Part shown: positions 35,385 through 43,865 of the stretch, piece by piece | Layout of the letters: the number at the start of each line of letters is the position of its first letter | How positions within the stretch are numbered: the stretch's first letter is position 1 | NCBI GenBank assembly: GCA_029351405.1 | Contig: GCA_029351405.1_4841.1 | Strand: one strand, 5' to 3' | Origin: Escherichia coli | Lineage (GTDB): Bacteria > Pseudomonadota > Gammaproteobacteria > Enterobacterales > Enterobacteriaceae | DNA length: 64,000 nt | Translations under genes and position numbers: made by a program | Notes under the pieces: model-generated | Databases searched by the model: none | What the model was told of the DNA's origin: nothing | Seen by the model: only the letters and a program-made list of their open reading frames with translations

Positions 35385-35759
35385 CTATGATAGTTGTTTA
35401 CAGACCTCCACTACTTTACGACACATATCGATATTGAACAACCCAATATGACAATCGCGCTTCTTGATCCCCAGCTTATGCGCCAGCCAACTGTAAGCGT
35501 CGCTCCTGCTCAACTCTCCGCTTTTCCACAGTGGGTCAAACGATCTATGGGCTTCCTGCTTAGCAGCACGGAGAGCGGCATTCGCCATCCTTCCCAAAGG
35601 TTGTCTGCCGTCGCCATGGGCATGGCAACCGACACGGGCATCACATGGGGTACATACCCAGAACTTCAGATTGCGGAGGTCAGGACGATGAGGGTAGAGA
35701 ACATCACCACCGACGAATTCGGCTGGGAGGCCACAGTAATCACATATAACAGGTTCCAT
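35385..35759 (-). CDS. DUF3268-type zinc-finger protein
   Basis: ATG at 35759. CDYCG ... CTPCDARVGCH ... CHIGLF. Confidence 0.55.
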   Translation of the reverse strand: MEPVICDYCGLPAEFVGGDVLYPHRPDLRNLKFWVCTPCDARVGCHAHGDGRQPLGRMANAALRAAKQEAHRSFDPLWKSGELSRSDAYSWLAHKLGIKKRDCHIGLFNIDMCRKVVEVCKQLS

Positions 35760-35819
35760 ATTCTTTGTCCAAAAGAAACCCCGCACATGGCGGGGTTGCT
35801 CAGGCCGAGGCCAACAGGG

Positions 35820-36191
35820 TTATTTCAGCAGCGCTTCCAGTTCTTCAATAGATTTGCCTTCCAGCTCCTGCTGTTTCTTACGCTGGATCAGCTCCAGGAT
35901 AACCTGGTTGTTCGCCTTACGCTCTGCCGCGTCTTTGATGTCGTCGCGTTCTTTCAGCTTAACACCGATGATGTGCTTGACAACGTCGAAGCGCAGCTGC
36001 AATTCGGAATCAACGTTGCTTTTGGTGCCAATGAAATCTTCTTCATCGGTTTCTGCTGCTTTCACCTGACGGCTCAGACCTTTCGCCATTTCGTTCAGGG
36101 CGGTCAGGCTCAGATCCCAAACCTGCTCAACAGACAGCAGACCTTTGTTAGACTCGAAGCGCAGTTTCAGACGGGTTACTTTATCAAACAT
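35820..36191 (-). CDS. hypothetical protein (123 aa)
   Basis: ATG with SD GAGGA. Helical and charged. Confidence 0.55.
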   Translation of the reverse strand: MFDKVTRLKLRFESNKGLLSVEQVWDLSLTALNEMAKGLSRQVKAAETDEEDFIGTKSNVDSELQLRFDVVKHIIGVKLKERDDIKDAAERKANNQVILELIQRKKQQELEGKSIEELEALLK

Positions 36192-36235
36192 TTTACTATC
36201 CTCAATGATGAATGGGTCACAATTTCAAATCAGGT

Positions 36236-38254
36236 TTAGAACACAACTTTCACAGTGCGGTTGAACGAGCCGCTCACCTTCACGAACACGTGGTTGCGTT
36301 GGGTGGTAGAGAAGCCCAGACCGGACAGCTGCTCAGTGCTTGGCTGTACTTTAATCTTACCACCTAACATTTCAAAAACCTTGCGGTGTTTATCAAGTTC
36401 CGGCTTCAGATATTCGTTATAGAAGCCACGGGTGCCGACAGGGTTAGCACAACCTTCCAGGATGAAGAACACGTGCTTGTTGCCAGTCTGCTCACCGTCC
36501 CAATGGTTTGGTGAGTTCAGAACCAGCTGTACCTTCTGGAAGACCGAGGTCTTGATGCCCCAGATTTCCTGAGAGCGAGCGTCGTCCTTCAGGGTAGAAC
36601 GGATGTCTACCACCTGACCAGCGCGGACATCAATCACAACAGCCAGAGTGCGATCTTTGTGCTTCAGACCAGGATGCGAAAAACGCTTGGTCTGGCCTTT
36701 GTATTCAACTTCGATTTCGAAGCCCATATCACAGGTTTCACGCTGGCTGAAGTTAGTGACATAGAACTCGTACAGACCATCACGCAGCTTGCGTTCATCG
36801 CTGAAGAAGATGTTCTCCACCGGGCGGCGGTTGGGATCAATGCCGTCCATACCGTTCATGTCGATATCCAGGGTTGCGCCAGTTGCCGAACGACGGTTGT
36901 GATAATACACGTGGTTGTGAAGAGGATCGTTCAGGCTCAGATCCAGGTCGTCGTTGTTATGCCAAGCCAGTGACACGCGGAGGAAGCTGTCGACATTGCC
37001 GCCTGCGGTCTTCACGCGCTCTTTGATAGAGTCGGCCACTTCGCCATTGTACGACCAGCTGAAGCCGTTGTTCCACTTGAACAGGTTAGGAGCGCCTGCG
37101 GTAGCCGGAGCGATCAGGGACATCAGGTTGCCAATGTGAGAGTTTTCGACCAGCACTTCCAGGGAATGCGCCTTTGGCAACACGTTGGTCAGGAAGTCGT
37201 CGATCGTGATCTCTTCAACCTTGTCCAGGGACTTGGTCGGAGTCTTCACTTCAGACGCCAGCTGAGCAAACGGGTCCATCTTCTTCTGAGCTGCCAGATC
37301 GGCGAACAGAACGTTGTTGATGGTCAGATCGTCATACACGGCATAACGGCGACCCAGTGAATCAGTCAGACCCAGCGCTTCGACTTCTTTCTGCGCGTTT
37401 TCAATCATAGACTTCGTGACCAGCGCGGTTGGGCGCTTGTAGTTCGTCGGAGCGACTTTGGTTTCAAAGGACTTCACGGCGGTTTCCAGATCCCGGCCTT
37501 CATTGAGGTCTACCAGCAGAGAGCCAATCACGGTATTACGAATGCCGTGAGGGGTATGACCGTTTGCACGGTAGCCAGTGCGCCAAGCCCACAGAGCGCG
37601 TTTCTCTTCTGCAGTTTGTTCGTACAGGGTCTTGTTCACCACAAACGCCTGCACTGCCGCTTTGTGCTCTTCACCGCGATACAGAGAATTCTGGTCGATC
37701 AATTCCAGAACGATTTCAGCCGATTCCAGAGACAGTTCACGCAGGCCGCGCTCAAACACTTCAATCGCCTGGCGGATTTCACCCTTCTTAGAAGCGATGG
37801 CATCTGCCCGCAGAACATAGCTGCCCAGCAGGTCGGTGTGGAAGTGGTTGTAGGTGCGGACAATACCGTCTTTCATTTCGTGATTCGACCCAACACCAAC
37901 TTTCTTGGTGTCGTTGAAGTACACGTCGACGATTGCGTGCTGCTTAACATACGCTGACAGCGCCGCAGCGACAACGTCATATTCGTTACCCAGCTGAATG
38001 TTATCCCAGATAGAGATCACGTTCAGGTCGGAGTCGATGGTGACCACACCGCCGATGTTACGGATGAATTGTTTACAGCAGGTGCAGTCGTGCTCGGTAC
38101 GCTCACGGTAGAGCGGGTTGGTACCAGCAGGGAAAGAAGACAGATACAGATCCCACAGAGCATCTTTATCGATGTTGGTCATGAACAGACCAGTTGCTGA
38201 CATGGCCAGCACGTTATTGTTGACAGCTACTGCGAAGGGCTTAAAATCTGACAT
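36236..38254 (-). CDS. large hypothetical protein (672 aa) with a Cys cluster and a possible TerD-like C-terminal module
   Basis: HDCTCCKQF near the N-terminus. DDLDLSL..HVYYHNRRSATGATLDIDMNG..PVENI loosely resembles the TerD DLDxS..VFYxN..S..G..GDN.TG pattern. The leader has a hairpin + ATTTGAA + GAAACAGGAAGATTACATCATG. Confidence 0.6.
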   Translation of the reverse strand: MSDFKPFAVAVNNNVLAMSATGLFMTNIDKDALWDLYLSSFPAGTNPLYRERTEHDCTCCKQFIRNIGGVVTIDSDLNVISIWDNIQLGNEYDVVAAALSAYVKQHAIVDVYFNDTKKVGVGSNHEMKDGIVRTYNHFHTDLLGSYVLRADAIASKKGEIRQAIEVFERGLRELSLESAEIVLELIDQNSLYRGEEHKAAVQAFVVNKTLYEQTAEEKRALWAWRTGYRANGHTPHGIRNTVIGSLLVDLNEGRDLETAVKSFETKVAPTNYKRPTALVTKSMIENAQKEVEALGLTDSLGRRYAVYDDLTINNVLFADLAAQKKMDPFAQLASEVKTPTKSLDKVEEITIDDFLTNVLPKAHSLEVLVENSHIGNLMSLIAPATAGAPNLFKWNNGFSWSYNGEVADSIKERVKTAGGNVDSFLRVSLAWHNNDDLDLSLNDPLHNHVYYHNRRSATGATLDIDMNGMDGIDPNRRPVENIFFSDERKLRDGLYEFYVTNFSQRETCDMGFEIEVEYKGQTKRFSHPGLKHKDRTLAVVIDVRAGQVVDIRSTLKDDARSQEIWGIKTSVFQKVQLVLNSPNHWDGEQTGNKHVFFILEGCANPVGTRGFYNEYLKPELDKHRKVFEMLGGKIKVQPSTEQLSGLGFSTTQRNHVFVKVSGSFNRTVKVVF

Positions 38255-38368
38255 GATGTAATCTTCCTGTTTCAGTTCAAATGTGCGCCCCGTTTGCCAG
38301 GGCGCTTCGTTTAAGTGAGGTCAATATACGCTGGATTGAGTTATTGAAGAACGAAGTAAAGGGAATCT

Positions 38369-39592
38369 TTATTCAGGTTTCTTCAAACGGTCCAGCAAAT
38401 TGACGGAACCACGTTTGAGCACGACTTCATCACAGCGCTTTTTGTATTCCCCACCGCCGTCATAGCTGACCTTGCCCCGAGGTTTTTCACCGCGCCCAAC
38501 CGCCTCAACACAGCGGGTGTACTTGCTCAGTTCACAGAACATGTTCTCCAGCTGCATAACGTTCATGCACTGATCTACAGGCTCTTCAGCCGACCAGAAT
38601 TGCTCACGAACATACCCATATTGGGAATACACCGCGTCCTGATTGTCCCGCAACCAGAAGATGCATTCTTCATGCGTCATGCCATCTTTGTCCTGGAACA
38701 TCAGATCAATCCCTGCGCGACAGCCTGGTCCAGCAACCGTGAAGTGGTTCTCACTGAAAGGATATCCAGGAATGTACGTGAAATCAACCCAGATCTGATA
38801 GGCCAGGAATGGACCAAGCCCTTCGATGTCGTCATACATGCGCTGGTATACTTCCAGAGGAGTACCAAGGCGCAGCAAGTCATGGAAATAGTTTGGATAC
38901 TTGTTGACGAATGCCTTCAGAGAACGGATAACACGCATCGGCATGTATGGTTCCCATCCCTCGATGGTATATTCACCAGGATTCTCTTCGACCAGCTTTT
39001 TGGCGACCTTGTAGTCCATCTCGTCCACAATACCCTGGCCAACGCGATACACTTTCACCATCATCCCACCGAAGCGCTGCTCCTTGTGGTTGACAACCAG
39101 CTCAGGGAAAGCCAGGCATTGCTTCAGGCCGCCCGTGTTGAAGGCATTGGTGAATACCTTACCGCCGTCGGCCTCGAACTTCTGAAGTCGTTCGCGGGTT
39201 GCATCAAGGTTGATCTTGGCGAATTCTTTGATCGTCATCGCGCCGCCGATAGCCTGGATTGGATCCCAGAGGTTGAACATGCGGAACAACACGCAGTTGA
39301 ACATCTTGTCGGCCATACCCAGAGCATCGTTGTTGACGATGTTGTTGATCAGGTTGAGAGACTGCCTGTCGTGCTCTCTCCGGACATTACAGAACTTGAC
39401 CTGCCGTAATATGGGATTATCAGTCCAAGGAGCAGGAAGGCGCTGGACATCCTTCTTGACGTGGATCTGATAACGATCGCGCATCCATTCGTAAGACAGG
39501 CGGGTATGGGTCGGACTGAGAACCGGTTTGGCCGACTTTATCTTTTCTTCACGGACACCGCAGTACGGGACGTCTAGGGCTTTATCTTTCAT
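38369..39592 (-). CDS. probable thymidine-hypermodification enzyme (alpha-glutamyl/putrescinyl thymine pyrophosphorylase, aGPT-Pplase-like)
   Basis: The N-terminal signature YEWMRDRYQIH..LPAPWTDNPILRQVKFCNVRREHDRQS matches my recollection of the aGPT-Pplase family (PWTxDPIL..FxNVxRExDR). Needs HMM confirmation. Confidence 0.5.
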   Translation of the reverse strand: MKDKALDVPYCGVREEKIKSAKPVLSPTHTRLSYEWMRDRYQIHVKKDVQRLPAPWTDNPILRQVKFCNVRREHDRQSLNLINNIVNNDALGMADKMFNCVLFRMFNLWDPIQAIGGAMTIKEFAKINLDATRERLQKFEADGGKVFTNAFNTGGLKQCLAFPELVVNHKEQRFGGMMVKVYRVGQGIVDEMDYKVAKKLVEENPGEYTIEGWEPYMPMRVIRSLKAFVNKYPNYFHDLLRLGTPLEVYQRMYDDIEGLGPFLAYQIWVDFTYIPGYPFSENHFTVAGPGCRAGIDLMFQDKDGMTHEECIFWLRDNQDAVYSQYGYVREQFWSAEEPVDQCMNVMQLENMFCELSKYTRCVEAVGRGEKPRGKVSYDGGGEYKKRCDEVVLKRGSVNLLDRLKKPE

Positions 39593-39660
39593 GGTATCCT
39601 CTTAGAATACGAAAACAGAGGCCATTATAGCCTCTGTTGTTTAGTGAATAACTGTATATC

Positions 39661-40533
39661 TTAATCGATACGGGTCAGTTGGGTGATAGATGATTGCACT
39701 GGGCTGGCCACATAGATACGGACGTTGGCTTTCCATTCACCCCAGATCAACGGTAGAGTTGGAAAGTTGTCTTCATTGAAAACAAACACGGGAATGTAGC
39801 TCTCGACTGTTTCGCCAGAGAACGCCTGGAAGCCCATCTTGGTGTATCCCACGATCTCGTCAATAAAATCGAACGGCGCGTAGGCAACACCAGCATGTTC
39901 GTTGCATCCGAGTCGACCTGGGGTAGCCGTGCCCGTCAGAATGATTTCGGTGATCTGGCGCTTAGGCTCGGTGGTCAACATATCAGAGAAGTCAGGCTCT
40001 TTGAAGGTTGCCATGTTCTTCAGGAACTTGCCAGCCGGGTATTCTTTGCCGTCGACGGTGATGGTGTTCACCACTTTGATACACGCCTGAGGGAATTCCC
40101 CTTCGATGCGCAGACTTTCGCGTGGGAAGCCTTTGTTGTAGTAGTAATCCAGTGCTGGCACAACTTCACCTTCATTACGGATGAACTTGCTCATGTTAGA
40201 GGCATACACGCGTTGTAGGCATTCGTCACCGTCGAAACCAGCAATATGAGCCACACCGTCGTTGACTGTTGTGATGTCGCCCTGAGCATCCATGATCTGG
40301 CGCATAATGCCTTTGATGTCGACAACAACGGGTTCTTTCAGGACTCGCGGAGATGCAGTGAACTCAATTTTCACCTCATGGTCGAAATACGCCGCTTCCA
40401 GCAGTTCACGGGTTTCTTCCAGCACCAGTTTCGCCTGATTGCGGATCTTGTCAAAATTGGGCGACGTGACATCGCCCTTTGCATTACCGAAAGCCAGATT
40501 CAGATTCACGTTCTTAGAAAATGTAGTTGTCAT
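39661..40533 (-). CDS. two-domain protein with an N-terminal all-alpha NTP pyrophosphohydrolase (MazG/HisE-like) module
   Basis: LVLEETRELLEA ... IMDAQGDITTV ... VYASNMSKF fits the EExxE/D...D metal ligands and SNxSK motif of that fold. The C-terminal half is unassigned. Confidence 0.4.
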   Translation of the reverse strand: MTTTFSKNVNLNLAFGNAKGDVTSPNFDKIRNQAKLVLEETRELLEAAYFDHEVKIEFTASPRVLKEPVVVDIKGIMRQIMDAQGDITTVNDGVAHIAGFDGDECLQRVYASNMSKFIRNEGEVVPALDYYYNKGFPRESLRIEGEFPQACIKVVNTITVDGKEYPAGKFLKNMATFKEPDFSDMLTTEPKRQITEIILTGTATPGRLGCNEHAGVAYAPFDFIDEIVGYTKMGFQAFSGETVESYIPVFVFNEDNFPTLPLIWGEWKANVRIYVASPVQSSITQLTRID

Positions 40534-40549
40534 GATTTAGCGACTCCAG

Positions 40550-41014
40550 TTATTCGCTTTTGGCCTTTGTAGGCCGGATAATGTATTTTGGGACCAGCTT
40601 CCATTCAGGAACCTGATCGTGTTTAACCACTTTAATGCGTGACATATCAGCGGCTTCGGTGACCTGCTCAGGATGAATGACCTTCACCATGTTCCACTGC
40701 TCCAGCAGCTTGATGATTCGGTTCATCCTCAGGACATCTTCGCGGTTAAATCCGTTGTAATGCCCGTCCAGCATAAATAGATGCTTAAAGTGGACGATAT
40801 AATACTTACCACACTTATGAAGAATATGGCAAGTCTGATACAGAGTATTCGGCTCTTGGCGCGTGTTTACCCCAATTCGACTCAGTGTTTCCTTGATCCC
40901 CAGGAATATACCTGGCCGATCTTGGTTCAATTGAACTTCAACCATACAATCAACGATGCTGGCCTCATCGTTGACTGCTGAAATATTCAATATGTCTAGC
41001 GTATTACGCGCCAT
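40550..41014 (-). CDS. regA: translational repressor RegA homologue (N-terminally extended)
   Basis: IKETLSRIGV..NTLYQTCHILHKCGKYYIVHFKHLFMLDG ... EWKLVPKY parallels T4 RegA VKETLTRMGI..VLYQSCHILQKKGLYYIVHFKEMLRMDG ... EWKLVPKY. Sits after 44-62 as in T4. Confidence 0.85.
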   Translation of the reverse strand: MARNTLDILNISAVNDEASIVDCMVEVQLNQDRPGIFLGIKETLSRIGVNTRQEPNTLYQTCHILHKCGKYYIVHFKHLFMLDGHYNGFNREDVLRMNRIIKLLEQWNMVKVIHPEQVTEAADMSRIKVVKHDQVPEWKLVPKYIIRPTKAKSE

Positions 41015-41042
41015 GACTCATTCCCCTTTACAATAGTTTGAA

Positions 41043-41465
41043 CTACTTAGCCTTGCGCGGTTTCGCTTTGGCGTTCAGCTCAGTGCGTCTCATCTTCTCG
41101 CGTATCTCGGCCAGGACTTCCTTCGGCAAGAAACGGACGTACTCCGATGCCTTCTCCATGCTGATGTAGAAGTACTCTGAGAGTAACTTCACGTCAGGAT
41201 CAATCGGACCTTTCTTAGACCATTTGTCGTAGCGTTTCCGAGCCGGAATGGTGTAAAAGGCATATGACCATTGCATCCATGGAGTGATAGCATGTAGCTT
41301 ATTCATCTGTTGCGCAGCCACTAGAGTGTCTTTGCTCTGAGCTAAACCACGCCGCGTCATAAACGGGTCGAATCCTTTCAACACTTCTGGGTCATCAGAC
41401 CGCAAAAGGTTTTCTTTGCTGCTGTTCAGAGCAGCCAGGTAATCGAACAATCCAAGGGCGGCCAT
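41043..41465 (-). CDS. gp62: clamp-loader small subunit (T4 gp62-like)
   Basis: Synteny. FMTRRGL...TIPARKRYDKWSKK parallels T4 gp62 FMVENAL...AVPRGKRYGKWAKL. ATG at 41465. Confidence 0.65.
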   Translation of the reverse strand: MAALGLFDYLAALNSSKENLLRSDDPEVLKGFDPFMTRRGLAQSKDTLVAAQQMNKLHAITPWMQWSYAFYTIPARKRYDKWSKKGPIDPDVKLLSEYFYISMEKASEYVRFLPKEVLAEIREKMRRTELNAKAKPRKAK

Positions 41466-41469
41466 AATA

Positions 41470-42459
41470 TCACTTCCACTTGATGTTGAGCATGACATTG
41501 GTCAGGAAAAACACAGCATGCAACCAGACATCGCCGACTTGGCGGTGTTCAATCTGAGACTGACCACATACGCACACCAGATCAGGGATAGACTCATTCT
41601 GAACCAACATTTGCTTCTCTTTATCCTGTGGCACACAGAACTGGAAGAAGCGGGAATAGAAGTCTTCAGTGATATAGTTCTGGTTGTCGGTCACCCACTG
41701 CTTCATCCCAGCCCAGTCATTATCCTTCAACATATTCACCAACATGCCCATATCGGCCGATTTTAACACAGCCAGTGCACGTTCGTCGATCTTGCCGTAA
41801 GTGGTGACGTTATCCTGTAGAACACCCATGATGCGGCGGTTATCAGGGAAATGGCGCTTGACAATAGCAGCCAACACAGGAGGGTCATACTCAACACCTT
41901 CGCTGCGAAGGATTTCAGCACAGCGGCGCATGAACTGAAGTTTGACCTCATCAGCCTCAGTCTCATTCCAGATAAAGTCGATTTCACGGCAACGAGAGCG
42001 CAGAGGTTCGTTCACACGTTGCTTGGCGTTGGTGGTCAGGATGAATGAACAGTTCTTGGAGACCTTCTCCACAATACCCTTCAGCGACTCCTGCGCCGCC
42101 ATAGACAGACGCTCTACTTCGTCGAGGATAACGACTTTGCGACCACCGAATACACTCACACCAGTAGAGTACTGAATCACGCGGTCACGGATAACGTCGA
42201 TACTGTTGTCCAGGGATGCGTTGATCATCAGTGGTTGCTTACAACCGATCTCGTTACACACAGCCAGGGCGGAGGTAGTCTTGCCAGTACCAGGCTGAGG
42301 GGAGTAGAACAGCATAGACGGGATGTTACCGTTGCCGCTGGTGATGTAGCCATGGATTTTAGCGCGGACGTCTTGAGGGATGATAATCTCGTCCAGGTTG
42401 TCAGGGCGGAAACGGTTCTCCCAGGCGTACTGGTCTTTTACAATCGTGATATTAGACAT
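41470..42459 (-). CDS. gp44: clamp-loader large subunit, AAA+ (T4 gp44-like)
   Basis: WENRFRP, Walker A PQPGTGKTT, Walker B VVILDEVE and SRC motif LRSRCREI. The C-terminus ...NIKWK matches the T4 gp44 end ...EMQWK. Confidence 0.88.
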   Translation of the reverse strand: MSNITIVKDQYAWENRFRPDNLDEIIIPQDVRAKIHGYITSGNGNIPSMLFYSPQPGTGKTTSALAVCNEIGCKQPLMINASLDNSIDVIRDRVIQYSTGVSVFGGRKVVILDEVERLSMAAQESLKGIVEKVSKNCSFILTTNAKQRVNEPLRSRCREIDFIWNETEADEVKLQFMRRCAEILRSEGVEYDPPVLAAIVKRHFPDNRRIMGVLQDNVTTYGKIDERALAVLKSADMGMLVNMLKDNDWAGMKQWVTDNQNYITEDFYSRFFQFCVPQDKEKQMLVQNESIPDLVCVCGQSQIEHRQVGDVWLHAVFFLTNVMLNIKWK

Positions 42460-43115
42460 TATGTATTTCCATGATATAGTTTACAGAACAGAACCCAAGC
42501 GTCGTCATCATACGGGTTCCAGCCCTCTTTGAATTTGTTTAACATACTCGTTGCGGTGTTCTCTTTAATAGAGAACAAACGGGCAATTCTATGGCACCCA
42601 TCACCAGTAGAAACCCAGTGATCATACACTACCCCAGCCTTTAACCACATCGGTCTGGTGTTGTGTAGCAGCGCAGCCCCGGTGTCCCAGGGTTTTATTC
42701 CTGCGGCGGGGTGGCTTTTACCAGTTCTTCCGTGCATGGGATGAAGATTCCCAGACTTGCCCTTCAACCAACTCGAGACACCAACTCGGTGATGTTTAGG
42801 TCCCGCTGACCTACCGTTGGCGATACCACAACCCCGTGGCTGAAATGATTTGTTTAAACATTTTGGGTGATCAATGTTCTCACTAATCAACTGCTGCTCT
42901 CTCCAATATGCTTCTTCTGGGGAGTCAAACAGTTCTACGAATTCTACATCAAAGAAATCAGAACCTTTCTTAGATATGATTTCCTTGACTGTTTGTGAAG
43001 AAGTGAAATATGAAGTGAACAATTGTAAAGGATGTGCACCCAATTTCGTTCTAGAACCAAAATAGAAAGAACCATCCTTCCCTAACAAATGATATACAAA
43101 CGGTTGGTTCCTCAT
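42459..43115 (-). CDS. GIY-YIG homing endonuclease (T4 Seg-like) with NUMOD3-like repeats
   Basis: FVYHLLGKDGSFYFGSRT (GIY...YIG variant), EEAYWREQQLI, CLN, then GNLHPMHGRTGKSHPAAG. ATG at 43115 with SD GAGG. TAATG overlap with gp44. Confidence 0.7.
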   Translation of the reverse strand: MRNQPFVYHLLGKDGSFYFGSRTKLGAHPLQLFTSYFTSSQTVKEIISKKGSDFFDVEFVELFDSPEEAYWREQQLISENIDHPKCLNKSFQPRGCGIANGRSAGPKHHRVGVSSWLKGKSGNLHPMHGRTGKSHPAAGIKPWDTGAALLHNTRPMWLKAGVVYDHWVSTGDGCHRIARLFSIKENTATSMLNKFKEGWNPYDDDAWVLFCKLYHGNT

Positions 43116-43180
43116 TTCAGCCTCGTGTAGAAGAATCATTTCAAATAGGCGGGGAACTCCCCCGCCCACACATTATAGCA
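42459..43180 (-). mobile_element. free-standing homing-endonuclease insertion between gp45 and gp44
   Basis: Interrupts the otherwise T4-conserved 45-44 junction. Carries its own extended -10 (TGcTATAAT at 43172-43180) and a leader hairpin. Confidence 0.6.
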
Positions 43181-43196
43181 TCAGGCTGGAGATTGA

Positions 43197-43865
43197 TTAC
43201 TCAATCTGTGCGCCGACGAAGTAATTGATCGTCGCGTCGGATGATTGGAAGTTCACCATCTGTAGATCAGCACATGCACGCAGAGTGTAGTTGCCTTCGA
43301 TCATTTTCAGGTTGGCAACATCCAGCGGCATTACGAAGTCCGGCAGCGCGGTTTCGCCCAGCTCAACAGTGTAATTGTTGGAGTTGTCCAGGGTAGTGGT
43401 GGTTGCAACCAGGCGTGTTTTGCCACCCTGAGCAACCAGACGCACAGTCTTATGTCCTAGGGTAGAGCAGGCGCGGGTCAGTTCTTTCATCTTCTCTGGA
43501 GTGATGATCGCTTCAAAATCGACAGACGGCAGTTCAATGGTGTCAGCCGGAACAACAGTGAGTTCTTTAGCAGAACGCCAGAATTGCAGCTGAGAGCTTT
43601 CGCCTTTCAACAGGATGTAGTCCTGATGGAATTCGGCTTTGGCACCTTTGAAGGAAGGTAGGCGCTGGATGGCCAGAAGTTTGGTCAGGTCCAGAATCGG
43701 GAACTCAAACGGGAAGTCTTCTTCGATCTGCGCCACGGCGATCACAGTAGAAGAATCATTAATACTGCGCAGCATCTTGCCCGGTGTCAGAACGATAGAT
43801 GGGTTGATGGTCTCAAAGTTGGCCAGCAACTGAAGTGTACGTTCAGAGAGAGTGATCTCTTGCAT
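43197..43865 (-). CDS. gp45: sliding clamp (T4 gp45-like)
   Basis: 222 aa. The N-terminus LQLLANFETINPSIVL parallels T4 ALLKNFATINSGIML. The length and position match. Confidence 0.8.
   Translation of the reverse strand: MQEITLSERTLQLLANFETINPSIVLTPGKMLRSINDSSTVIAVAQIEEDFPFEFPILDLTKLLAIQRLPSFKGAKAEFHQDYILLKGESSQLQFWRSAKELTVVPADTIELPSVDFEAIITPEKMKELTRACSTLGHKTVRLVAQGGKTRLVATTTTLDNSNNYTVELGETALPDFVMPLDVANLKMIEGNYTLRACADLQMVNFQSSDATINYFVGAQIE

Noticed and set aside
42462-42480. A cassette-like string AACTATATCATGG 14 nt upstream of the gp44 start.
   Set aside because: It lies inside the C-terminal codons (KLYHGNT) of the GIY-YIG ORF and lacks the TTGAAA/AGGAAC parts. It is probably chance or a relic, so it is not called as a site.
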